Shown here piece by piece: positions 10,731 to 18,851 of a stretch of 46,533 nt of DNA. This stretch comes from Bacteroidales bacterium (GTDB lineage Bacteria; Bacteroidota; Bacteroidia; Bacteroidales; UBA12077), in contig JANQHR010000068.1 in the NCBI GenBank assembly GCA_028282585.1, forward strand, positions 1-46,533. The letters are read 5' to 3'. Both the position numbers and the translations under genes were made by a program. The notes under the pieces are model-generated. The model did not search any database and was not told the origin of the DNA. It saw only the letters and a list, made by a program, of their open reading frames with translations. How positions within the stretch are numbered: the stretch's first letter is position 1; every line of letters begins with the position of its first letter.

Positions 10731-10762
10731 TTTGCTCACAAGGCTTATTTCATTTAATTTTG
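10731..10762 (+). promoter_or_regulatory. Bacteroidota sigma-A promoter (-33/-7)
   Basis: TTTG (10731-10734) + 20 nt + TAATTTTG (10755-10762), upstream of ATG 10787. Confidence 0.6.
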
Positions 10763-10786
10763 TAATGAATAATAAAATCTTTTATT

Positions 10787-10996
10787 ATGGAATGTAAGAA
10801 AGATCAAAACAAAGAACATTGTAATTGTTCATATGCATGCAGTAAAAAAGGAATATGTTGCGACTGTATAGCTTATCACAGAAGTATTATGCAATTACCT
10901 GCATGTTATTTTCCGAATGATGTTGAAAAAACATACGATCGTTCGGTAAGTAAATTTTTAGAAACTGTACAACAGCGTGGACCAATCTGGAATTAA
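10787..10996 (+). CDS. Small Cys-rich protein (DUF6485-like)
   Basis: 69 aa; [20 protein letters not shown]...LPACYF...EKTYDRS pattern; 1 bp from the tag start. Confidence 0.8.
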   Translation: MECKKDQNKEHCNCSYACSKKGICCDCIAYHRSIMQLPACYFPNDVEKTYDRSVSKFLETVQQRGPIWN

Positions 10997-10997
10997 T

Positions 10998-11564
10998 ATG
11001 GAAAAACAATCTTGTGGTTGGGCAAAAAAGCCTTTAGATATTGAATATCACGATACGGAATGGGGAGTTCCTGTTCATGATGATCAAAAATTATTTGAGT
11101 TTCTTGTGTTAGATGCATTTCAAGCAGGATTAAGTTGGAGTACAATTTTAGTCAAAAGAGAAAATTTCAGAAAAGCTTTTGATAGTTTTGATTATAGGAA
11201 GATTGCCAAATATGAGCAGAAAAAAATAGAAGAATTACTTCAGAACAAAGGAATAATTAGAAATAAATTAAAGATCAATGCTACTATTACCAATGCAATT
11301 GCTTTTATTAATGTGCAAAAGGAATTTGGTAGCTTTGACAAATACATTTGGGGGTTTACCGGAGGTAAAACAAAAATAAATGCATGGGAAGAAATGAGTG
11401 AGATTCCGGCAACATCAAAAGAATCTGATGCAATGAGCAAAGATTTAAAAAAGCGTGGATTCAAATTTGTTGGTTCAACTATCTGTTATGCTTTTATGCA
11501 GGCATCAGGAATGGTGAATGATCATGTGGTAAGTTGTTTTAGGTATAAAGAAGTAATGAAATGA
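10998..11564 (+). CDS. tag: DNA-3-methyladenine glycosylase I
   Basis: CGWA, YHDTEWG, FQAGLSW, IIRNKLKI, GFKFVG and NDHVVSC motifs. Start taken at ATG 10998. Confidence 0.95.
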   Translation: MEKQSCGWAKKPLDIEYHDTEWGVPVHDDQKLFEFLVLDAFQAGLSWSTILVKRENFRKAFDSFDYRKIAKYEQKKIEELLQNKGIIRNKLKINATITNAIAFINVQKEFGSFDKYIWGFTGGKTKINAWEEMSEIPATSKESDAMSKDLKKRGFKFVGSTICYAFMQASGMVNDHVVSCFRYKEVMK

Positions 11565-11581
11565 GTTTAAGGCCAACACAG

Positions 11582-11644
11582 CTCCTAAATCCCTTAAAGA
11601 GGACTTTTGTATAAACATTCTTCACACCCTTTAGGGCTGGGGTA
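11582..11644. repeat. Degenerate REP-like palindromic pair
   Basis: CTCCTAAATCCCTTAAAGAGGAC ... CCCTTTAGGGCTGGGGTA: two short C-run/G-run hairpins in inverted orientation in the tag-mnmE spacer. Confidence 0.45.
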
Positions 11645-11676
11645 GATGAAGAAAATGAGATTGATTATTAATAATT

Positions 11677-13068
11677 ATGATATATAATGATATTATTTGT
11701 GCGATTTCAACGCCTCAGGGTAATGGAGCAATTGCGGTGGTGAGGTTAAGTGGGAATGAGTCAATTTCGCTAATTGACAAGCTCTACAGTTCTCCAAAAG
11801 AAGGTAAGCAATTAATTGATCAGACCGCAAATACTATTCACTTTGGAGTTTTAAAGGATGGGGATAAAATAATTGATGAGGTTGTAATTTCTTTATTCAG
11901 AAATCCAAACTCATATACAGGAGAAGATTTAGTTGAAATTTCATGTCACGGTTCAGAGTACATTCAACAGCAACTATTGCAATTATTGGTTAGAAGTGGA
12001 GCGCGTTTGGCAAAACCGGGTGAGTTTACCATGCGAGCCTTTTTAAATGGTAAAATGGATTTATCGCAAGCTGAAGCTGTGGCAGATTTAATAGCTTCAT
12101 CATCTTCCTCCTTACATAAAGTGGCTATGCAGCAAATGAGAGGTGGCTTTTCTAGCGAAATAGTAAACTTAAGAGACAGACTTTTACACTTTATTTCCTT
12201 GCTCGAATTAGAATTAGATTTCAGTGAGGAAGATGTTGAGTTTGCCGATCGTAAACAACTGAATAATTTGTTAAATAATATTCAGGAACTTATATTAAAG
12301 TTATTAAAGTCATTTGATTTAGGTAATGTTATCAAGAATGGTGTTCCAGTTGCAATAGTTGGTCATACCAACGTTGGTAAATCAACACTCTTAAATCAAA
12401 TTTTAAATGAAGATAAGGCAATTGTTTCTGATATTGCAGGAACCACAAGAGATGTTATTGAGGATGTAATAAATATTGAAGGTGTTTCATTTCGTTTTAT
12501 AGATACTGCTGGTATTCGTGAAACTTCAGATACCATTGAATCTATTGGTATTGAAAGAACCTACGACCGAATTTCAAAAGCGTCTATTGTCTTATTATTA
12601 GTTGACGCAACAGAAGAAATTACAGAAATTAAGAAAGCTATAAAAACTGTTGAGGATAAAATCGGGAATACTGATAAAAAGTTGATAGTAGTAATCAATA
12701 AAATAGATCAAGGTAATATTGATGTAAACTTTGGGGAACTAATCAGGAAAGAAGATATTGTTTTAAAAATTTCGGCAAAAACAGGAGAGAATATTGATCA
12801 GTTAATAAAGGAATTATTATCCGTTGTAAATTTAAGTTCTTTAAACCAAAACGAAGTTATTGTAACGAATATACGTCATTACGAAGCATTAGAAAAAGCA
12901 TCAGAATCACTTCAAAGAGCAATAAATGGTTTGGATTCTGGAATTACGGGTGATTTTCTTGCACAGGATATTCGAGAAACCTTACACTTTTTAGGAGAAA
13001 TTACAGGAGAAATTAGTACAGATGAAATTCTTGGGAACATATTTAAGAATTTTTGTATCGGAAAGTAA
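11677..13068 (+). CDS. mnmE: tRNA uridine-5-carboxymethylaminomethyl(34) synthesis GTPase MnmE
   Basis: GHTNVGKS, GTTRD, DTAG, NKID, SAKTG and the conserved C-terminal FCIGK. Confidence 0.98.
   Translation: MIYNDIICAISTPQGNGAIAVVRLSGNESISLIDKLYSSPKEGKQLIDQTANTIHFGVLKDGDKIIDEVVISLFRNPNSYTGEDLVEISCHGSEYIQQQLLQLLVRSGARLAKPGEFTMRAFLNGKMDLSQAEAVADLIASSSSSLHKVAMQQMRGGFSSEIVNLRDRLLHFISLLELELDFSEEDVEFADRKQLNNLLNNIQELILKLLKSFDLGNVIKNGVPVAIVGHTNVGKSTLLNQILNEDKAIVSDIAGTTRDVIEDVINIEGVSFRFIDTAGIRETSDTIESIGIERTYDRISKASIVLLLVDATEEITEIKKAIKTVEDKIGNTDKKLIVVINKIDQGNIDVNFGELIRKEDIVLKISAKTGENIDQLIKELLSVVNLSSLNQNEVIVTNIRHYEALEKASESLQRAINGLDSGITGDFLAQDIRETLHFLGEITGEISTDEILGNIFKNFCIGK
13051..13068 (+). repeat. att-like direct repeat, left copy (3' end of mnmE)
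   Basis: TTTTGTATCGGAAAGTAA; 17/18 identical to 15421-15438, with the last 15 bp identical. Confidence 0.85.
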
Positions 13069-13136
13069 CCTTACTATTTTTTACTTTCTTTTTTCTTTTC
13101 TTTGTAGCTCATTTGCAATAAATTAAACTTATTTTT

Positions 13137-13206
13137 TGTTGCCTGGCATTTAATAATTTCCTATTTTTATCATGTTTTTGTTGCCCAAATCCTTGATTTG
13201 TTGCAC
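13137..13206 (+). repeat. Putative tyrosine-recombinase arm-type sites, left end
   Basis: TGTTGCCT (13137-13144), TGTTGCCC (13179-13186), TGTTGCAC (13199-13206); the same motif recurs at the right end. Confidence 0.55.
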
Positions 13207-13226
13207 CGCCAAAATAGGGTCAAATT

Positions 13227-13253
13227 ATGGCACTAAAAGGAAGTAAAAGATAG
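13227..13253 (+). pseudogene. Possible N-terminal stub of a deleted integrase (MALKGSKR*)
   Basis: ATG directly after the arm motifs, where an integrase gene would start. Resembles from memory the M(A/S)LKxxKTT start of some Bacteroidota tyrosine recombinases; only 8 codons. Confidence 0.25.
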
Positions 13254-13397
13254 TAAAGAATTGGTTCAGCAAAAAGTGGTCATTGGGAAACTCTGATTTG
13301 ATGATGTTGGTTTTTGTTTAGCCTCACTACTCATTTAGCATATTTTTAAAGGGGATGATTAAAACACGATAGGCTAGTAATTATAAATATACAATTA

Positions 13398-13433
13398 AAA
13401 TGTCACGTTTTTACCAGTTAAAACGTGACATTT
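13398..13433. promoter_or_regulatory. Perfect 14-bp inverted repeat, probable antitoxin autoregulatory operator
   Basis: AAATGTCACGTTTT-taccagtt-AAAACGTGACATTT, lying just upstream of the -7 element of the TA operon. Confidence 0.75.
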
Positions 13434-13435
13434 AT

Positions 13436-13443
13436 TATATTTG
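13436..13443 (+). promoter_or_regulatory. Bacteroidota -7 element of the AbiE operon
   Basis: TATATTTG, 17 bp upstream of ATG 13461. Confidence 0.6.
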
Positions 13444-13460
13444 TACAAAACAAATATATC

Positions 13461-14186
13461 ATGAAAACATCTGAAAAAGTGAAAGCTAAAATTGATAAGT
13501 TTGAAAAAGGCTATGTTTTCACCTATGATGATTTTGATATAGAGATAAACGAAGGTGAAGCTCTAAAGAAATACTTGAATAGACTTGTTGAATCCGGAAA
13601 AATAGCAAGATTATCGAAAGGACGTTTCTATAAACCTAAGAAAGGTATAACAGGTAACTTAAAACCAAACGAATATGAAGTTGTTAAAGACCTTTTAAAA
13701 GATGGCAATAAGACCATAGGTTACATTACAGGCTATTCTGTATTTAATAGCTTAAAACTTACAACACAAGTTCCCAATGTTATCCAAGTAGGAGTGAACT
13801 TTGATAAAAAAAGAATAAAAAGGAATATATATACCATAAAATTTGTTCGACAATGGAATCAAATAACAAAGACAAACATTTCATTGCTTCAATTATTGGA
13901 TTGTATTCGTTTTATTAAAACCATACCAGATACAACTTTTGCAAATTCACTAAATAGGATTACTGTTTTATTGAAGAAACTACCAGAACGGGAGAAAAAA
14001 CAACTTATTGATTTAGCAATAAATTATCCTCCATCAACCAGAGCTTTAACGGGAGCAATATATGAACAATTAGGTTATACTGAAATTGCTGATAAACTTT
14101 TGAAAACACTAAAGTCAACAACTTGGTATACTTTTGATGTTGCACAAGAGTTATTACCAAACAAACTCAAATGGAAAATAAAATGA
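13461..14186 (+). CDS. Type IV TA antitoxin, AbiEi-like (DUF6088-type, N-terminal wHTH)
   Basis: LNRLVESGKIARLSKGRFYKP wHTH and GYITG...NSLKLTTQVP motifs; stop overlaps the toxin start (ATGA). Start taken at ATG 13461. Confidence 0.85.
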   Translation: MKTSEKVKAKIDKFEKGYVFTYDDFDIEINEGEALKKYLNRLVESGKIARLSKGRFYKPKKGITGNLKPNEYEVVKDLLKDGNKTIGYITGYSVFNSLKLTTQVPNVIQVGVNFDKKRIKRNIYTIKFVRQWNQITKTNISLLQLLDCIRFIKTIPDTTFANSLNRITVLLKKLPEREKKQLIDLAINYPPSTRALTGAIYEQLGYTEIADKLLKTLKSTTWYTFDVAQELLPNKLKWKIK

Positions 14187-15157
14187 TGCTACATACAGAG
14201 AAAGAGTTATTTGAAGCTGCAATCAAAGAAACGGCTGATAATCTTGGCATAAAGGATTACTTTATTGAAAAAGATTACTGGATTAGTTTAGTGTTAAAAC
14301 GATTATCGGAAAGCAGGTATGTAGATTCGGTTGTTTTTAAAGGTGGTACATCCTTATCAAAAGGACATAAACTAATTAATCGTTTCTCTGAAGATGTTGA
14401 TTTGGCTGTAATTATTACTTCGGAAACAAGCGGAAATCAGGTTAAAACATTAATAAGAACGGTTGAAAAGGAAATAGCATCTGATTTGAATGAGATAGAG
14501 GTTGATAGAGTTACTAGCAAAGGTTCTCGCTTTAGAAAAGCAGTGTATCAGTATCCCACAACATTTAAACCAAAACAGAAGGTTGCCATCTCAGATTCAA
14601 TTATTGTTGAGATAAACTCTTTTGCAAATCCATTTCCTTATTCAAAAGTTAGCATCCAAAGCATGATAGGTGAATACCTGCAAAGTCAAAATCAAGATGA
14701 GTTAGTCAAAAAATATGATTTAAAAGCCTTTAAATTAAATGTGCTGGATAAAGTGCAAACTTTAATCGAAAAACTGGTTTCACTCATACGCTTCTCGTTT
14801 AATGAAAACCCATTAGAAAACATTTCAGGTAAAATAAGGCACTTCTACGACCTTTACTATTTAATGCAAGATGAAGTTTGTAACAAACATGTTAATTCAG
14901 AGCAATTTAGTGTAGCTTTTAAAAAAGTAATTGAGCATGACCGAAAGCAATTTGATGAGCCAATTGGTTGGAATGAAAAGAAAACTATTGAATCACCTTT
15001 AATAAAGGATTTTGATTCAATTTGGGCGAGTCTGAAATCAACCTATACAAATGAATTGTCTTTGTTGGCCTTCACTGATATACCAGAGGAAAAAGATGTT
15101 GCATTAAAGTTCAAAGAATTGGTTGTAATAATTGAAAGTATAACAGATGATTTGTAA
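14183..15157 (+). CDS. AbiEii/AbiGii-family nucleotidyltransferase toxin
   Basis: EKDYW, FKGGTSLSK, RFSEDVD, EKL and RHFYDL motifs. Confidence 0.92.
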   Translation: MMLHTEKELFEAAIKETADNLGIKDYFIEKDYWISLVLKRLSESRYVDSVVFKGGTSLSKGHKLINRFSEDVDLAVIITSETSGNQVKTLIRTVEKEIASDLNEIEVDRVTSKGSRFRKAVYQYPTTFKPKQKVAISDSIIVEINSFANPFPYSKVSIQSMIGEYLQSQNQDELVKKYDLKAFKLNVLDKVQTLIEKLVSLIRFSFNENPLENISGKIRHFYDLYYLMQDEVCNKHVNSEQFSVAFKKVIEHDRKQFDEPIGWNEKKTIESPLIKDFDSIWASLKSTYTNELSLLAFTDIPEEKDVALKFKELVVIIESITDDL

Positions 15158-15364
15158 CGATATTTTCCTTTTTATTACTTTCTATCGCTTTAATTGTTAT
15201 TTGAAAAATGAGAAAATGAAAAGTGTATGAAAAAGCAAAGAATTATTCGGTTATGCTTACACAAAAAATATCTTAAATTTGGTTCAAGATAAAACAAGTG
15301 AAATTATTTTATTCTAAAACTTGTGCAATATTTTCTTTTACTTTCTGAAAATTTTCCGAAATCG

Positions 15365-15383
15365 TGTTGCCCGCTTGTTGCCC
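15365..15383 (+). repeat. Putative tyrosine-recombinase arm-type sites, right end
   Basis: TGTTGCCC twice (15365-15372, 15376-15383), 37 bp inside the right att copy. Confidence 0.6.
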
Positions 15384-15420
15384 AACTACCTTAACGAACT
15401 GATTTACAAATGTATTTACA

Positions 15421-15438
15421 TTCTGTATCGGAAAGTAA
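15421..15438 (+). repeat. att-like direct repeat, right copy
   Basis: TTCTGTATCGGAAAGTAA (encodes FCIGK*), a duplicate of the mnmE 3' end. Confidence 0.85.
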
Positions 15439-15613
15439 AAATCAAAACATAAATTTATAGTTTCTGTGATAAAAGCTATGTTAACTTTTTAATAAATTCA
15501 CAATTTATTATAATTCGTAAGGTATTGATTATTAAAAAAATGTTGAAATGAATTTTGAGATGCTTAACTTTTTGGTATATTTATTGTACATTTCGATGTA
15601 AATTTATAAACCT

Positions 15614-16681
15614 ATGAAAACTGAATTAACCTTTAAAAGATTTTATTCGTTAGCAGCTTTGTTCCTTTTATTTTCTTGTTTTAACGCAATTGCTCAGGAA
15701 GATCCGGCTTGGCTTATGGAAAGCTGGAGAACAGAGCATTACCCATCTAATGTTTATATAAAAGGATTTGCGCAAGATAATAAAAACAACAACGAAACTT
15801 TAGCCGAAGTTACTGAGCGAGTAAAGAATATGGCTCGTTCAAATTTATCAGAAAGTATTTTATCATCAGTAAAAAGCGTAAATGAAAGTTACAGCCAGAG
15901 TGAGATGGTTGGAGATAATGAGGTAGTTTCCGAATCATTTAAGGCTGAAATTGAAGTGTCAACGGATCTTGAAATAAACGGAATTAACGTTGATACATAT
16001 ATGAAAAACAATATAATATATGCTTTTGCTTATGCTAACAAATATGAATTAATTGGTTTTTATAAAGCAAATTTGAATCTGCAAGTTCAACAAATAGAAG
16101 GACATATAAGTACAGCGAATGAACTTGAAGACGATAGAGAAAAAGTAAAAGCGAAAAACGAATTTGAAAAGGCTTTACCCATATTTGAAGAAGTAAAAAA
16201 AGCACAAGGCATTTTAACTGCAATTGACAAGAATATTACTGAAGATGGTTTAAAAATGCAAAAAACCATGAAATTGTATAATGATGTTATGCAGGCTAAA
16301 GCCCGTTTAGAACAGGGTATTATCGTTTTTATGTATACCGATGAAGATGTGTTTGGCGAAAAGGTAAACTCAATTGAGAATGGTTTAAAAGCAATTTTAG
16401 CAGAAAATAATTGTAGATTTACAACTGTTGAGGAAGAGGCAGATTGGAAAATTGATATTAACGCAACCTCAAGAGAATATAATTACTCTAACATGGTATA
16501 CTTTAGTTATGTTGATGCTGAAGTAAAATTATATAAAACGCCATCGGATAAGCATGTCTTCCAGCAAGAATTTTCTGAAAAAGGAGCACATAGCAAATCT
16601 TATGAGGCAGCAGCTAAAAAAGCATGTAATACTATTGGTAAAACTATTTCTGAAAAAATACTAAACTGGATAAATAACTAG
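15614..16681 (+). CDS. Exported hypothetical protein, LPP20-like N-terminal region
   Basis: Signal peptide (AIA-Q), PAW motif after the cleavage site, ARSNLSESILSSV helix, helical middle and alpha/beta C-terminus. Family call is tentative. Confidence 0.6.
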   Translation: MKTELTFKRFYSLAALFLLFSCFNAIAQEDPAWLMESWRTEHYPSNVYIKGFAQDNKNNNETLAEVTERVKNMARSNLSESILSSVKSVNESYSQSEMVGDNEVVSESFKAEIEVSTDLEINGINVDTYMKNNIIYAFAYANKYELIGFYKANLNLQVQQIEGHISTANELEDDREKVKAKNEFEKALPIFEEVKKAQGILTAIDKNITEDGLKMQKTMKLYNDVMQAKARLEQGIIVFMYTDEDVFGEKVNSIENGLKAILAENNCRFTTVEEEADWKIDINATSREYNYSNMVYFSYVDAEVKLYKTPSDKHVFQQEFSEKGAHSKSYEAAAKKACNTIGKTISEKILNWINN

Positions 16682-16685
16682 AATT

Positions 16686-17897
16686 ATGAAACGAATCAAC
16701 TTACTAACTATACTTCTTGTTTTAATATTAGCAGGAGCAGCTAATGGTCAGGGAGAGTCTAAGGTTGCGGTATTCGACCCGGTAGGTGAAGTATCGCAGA
16801 ACCTAAAGATCATCATTCGCGAAGAGCTAAGTAACGCTGTAGTAAATACACCTGGGTATTTAGTTATGGAGCGAGAATTAATTGACAAAGTACTGGCTGA
16901 GAATAAATTCCAAATGACAGGCCATGTTGATGATAACCAGATTGGAGAACTTGGTAGAAAACTGGGAGCAAATTACGTATGTTATGCCTCAATATCATCA
17001 GTGGGTGGTAATTATTATATTTCTTGTAAATTAGTAGATGTTACTACTGCTAAAATTGAACGTCAAAACACGGGAATTACCAAATCGGGCTTGGATGATT
17101 TGGTATTTGTAGTTGCAAGTGTTTCCAGAGAAATGCTTGGGCAAGCTGCAATGAAACCTACGCCTGTAAGCAGACCGGTTGCAAATAACCCTGTTGTAAG
17201 ATCAAATGATTTTGGTGAACTTTCGGAATTAAATATGATGGGATTAAGTTTACTGGTTATGCCAGTTGACGAAACCCCAACAAAAACTACCTGGATAGAA
17301 GCGAGTAGAGCTTGTTTGGAAAGTACAGCTTATGGAATGACAGATTGGAGATTGCCTACTAAACTTGAAATCTCAAGAATGTTTGCACTAAGAATCAAAT
17401 TAAAACAAATGCAAGGTTATTGGTATTGGTCAGGTACTCCCTTTGAAGATGATGAATACTATAGACAGGCATTTGATGCAGATAAATTGGTTCCTGCTTC
17501 AGGCAGAGCAAGATGTTATGTTAGATGTGTGCATAGTAATGGAGCAATTAATTTAGAAGATCATAATGGAGTATGGGGATTTAGTTTTTACGGAAACAAT
17601 TACGAAGTTATGCCAGATGATATAGCCGGAGAATATCGTTGGGAAGAAGCAAGAAATGCTTGCGAAATGTCAACTGCCTATGGACATAACGATTGGTATT
17701 TACCTGAAATTAATGTGTTGGAATTTCTATATAATAATAAAATTGCTTTAAATATGCCTGGTGAGTGGTATTGGTCCTCAACACCTAAAAAACAAGGTTC
17801 AACAAGGGCAATGTTCGAAAAGAATTTTATGGATGGGAAGACTTATGATACCGGTTCAAATGCAAGAAGAAGTGTACGTTGTATAAGAAAAAACTAA
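16686..17897 (+). CDS. Exported CsgG/TolB-N-like domain protein with two DUF1566 (Lcl C-terminal, C-type-lectin-fold) domains
   Basis: VMERELIDKVLAE...ELGRKLGANY...KLVDVTTAKI, then two copies of W-x-EA-x-x-AC...DW-x-LP...WYWS...VRC. Confidence 0.8.
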   Translation: MKRINLLTILLVLILAGAANGQGESKVAVFDPVGEVSQNLKIIIREELSNAVVNTPGYLVMERELIDKVLAENKFQMTGHVDDNQIGELGRKLGANYVCYASISSVGGNYYISCKLVDVTTAKIERQNTGITKSGLDDLVFVVASVSREMLGQAAMKPTPVSRPVANNPVVRSNDFGELSELNMMGLSLLVMPVDETPTKTTWIEASRACLESTAYGMTDWRLPTKLEISRMFALRIKLKQMQGYWYWSGTPFEDDEYYRQAFDADKLVPASGRARCYVRCVHSNGAINLEDHNGVWGFSFYGNNYEVMPDDIAGEYRWEEARNACEMSTAYGHNDWYLPEINVLEFLYNNKIALNMPGEWYWSSTPKKQGSTRAMFEKNFMDGKTYDTGSNARRSVRCIRKN

Positions 17898-17913
17898 AAA
17901 TGATATTAAGAGT

Positions 17914-17942
17914 AAAACGCGGGTTTATAATCCGCGTTTTTT
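17914..17942. terminator. Bidirectional intrinsic terminator
   Basis: AAAACGCGGG-tttataa-TCCGCGTTTTTT between convergent genes. Confidence 0.85.
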
Positions 17943-17969
17943 ATTTGTTGCTCAAAAGAATAATAGTAT

Positions 17970-18596
17970 TTAAAAACGATAACCAATCGCAAGTCCAATC
18001 ACTTTGTTTTTTATATCATCGTTTTTAACAACATCATGTAAACCCATTTCATAGCGTAAATCCAGAAATAATTCGCCTTTATCAAATACTCGGGCGACTT
18101 CACCTCCAAAGACCATTCCCCAATCATAATTGTTAGATTCATCTTCGTAGTCCGTAACAATAGTTTGGCCGGATTCTTCCACTTCAGATTCAGCTTTTCT
18201 TAGGTAGCTATAATAGGGACCACTATAGAATGATACGGACCATTGTTCTGTTAATCCAAGTTCTTCGTTAAATCTGCCTTTTATTAATAAAGGAATATTG
18301 TAGTAGTCATAACTATTGTTTATATCCTTTTTCCCATCAGGTTCATTTTGTTCATAAGCTAAACCTTTTCGTTTATAGTTTAGTTCTGTTTGTAATGAAA
18401 TAGTTTTATGAAAACGATAATCAAAAGTTGCGCCTAATGTAAAACCTGTTTTCATGTCATTATTATCCCATAACATTCCCAGTTCAGATTGGGTACTAAA
18501 ATTTAAGCCTTCTTTTATTCCAAATTTAATTTGTGATTTGACCGTAAAAGTAAGAAAGATCAATAAAAGCATTAAGATATGATTTTTTGCTGTCAT
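17970..18596 (-). CDS. Porin-family outer-membrane beta-barrel protein (PorT/OMP_b-brl_2-like)
   Basis: Signal peptide (VKS-Q), FGIKEGLN, YYNIPLL, DLRYEMGL, terminal GYRF. Start taken at ATG 18596. Confidence 0.85.
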   Translation of the reverse strand: MTAKNHILMLLLIFLTFTVKSQIKFGIKEGLNFSTQSELGMLWDNNDMKTGFTLGATFDYRFHKTISLQTELNYKRKGLAYEQNEPDGKKDINNSYDYYNIPLLIKGRFNEELGLTEQWSVSFYSGPYYSYLRKAESEVEESGQTIVTDYEDESNNYDWGMVFGGEVARVFDKGELFLDLRYEMGLHDVVKNDDIKNKVIGLAIGYRF

Positions 18597-18720
18597 AATA
18601 TACAAATTTAAAAATTCGACTATAATATATTTTTGTTCGACAAATGTAGATGTTAATATTAAAATATTCGAATATAATGGTAGAAAAATCGGAAAAAATA
18701 GTATTAAATGATTGAAGGTT

Positions 18721-18754
18721 TACTTCAAGTGCTAAATAGTATACCTAAAGTGCT
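18721..18754. promoter_or_regulatory. 13-bp direct repeat at 21-bp pitch, candidate transcription-factor site
   Basis: TACTTCAAGTGCT (18721-18733) and TACCTAAAGTGCT (18742-18754), 11/13 identical, in the divergent porin/kinase promoter region. Confidence 0.45.
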
Positions 18755-18851
18755 GGATCATTAATAAAAAGTTGTAAAAATTCTTAATATCGATTTATTT
18801 TTTTAAATTGAAACAGTTAAAATCAGTTCGCTTTAACCAAATAATCGAATA

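Larger units (their letters stand above)
13069..15438. mobile_element. Integrase-less genomic islet inserted at the mnmE 3' end, carrying an AbiE-type TA pair
   Basis: Bounded by a duplication of the mnmE 3' end, with TGTTGCCC-like motifs just inside both ends. Cargo is DUF6088-like + AbiEii-like genes. No intact recombinase ORF. Confidence 0.8.

Noticed and set aside
15274-15281. Outward-facing TAAATTTG -7 element near the right att site
   Set aside because: No matching -33 element, and the motif is common by chance at this AT content.
16686-17897. Complete diversity-generating retroelement
   Set aside because: No reverse transcriptase or near-identical template repeat in the window; the two DUF1566 copies are too diverged to be a TR/VR pair.
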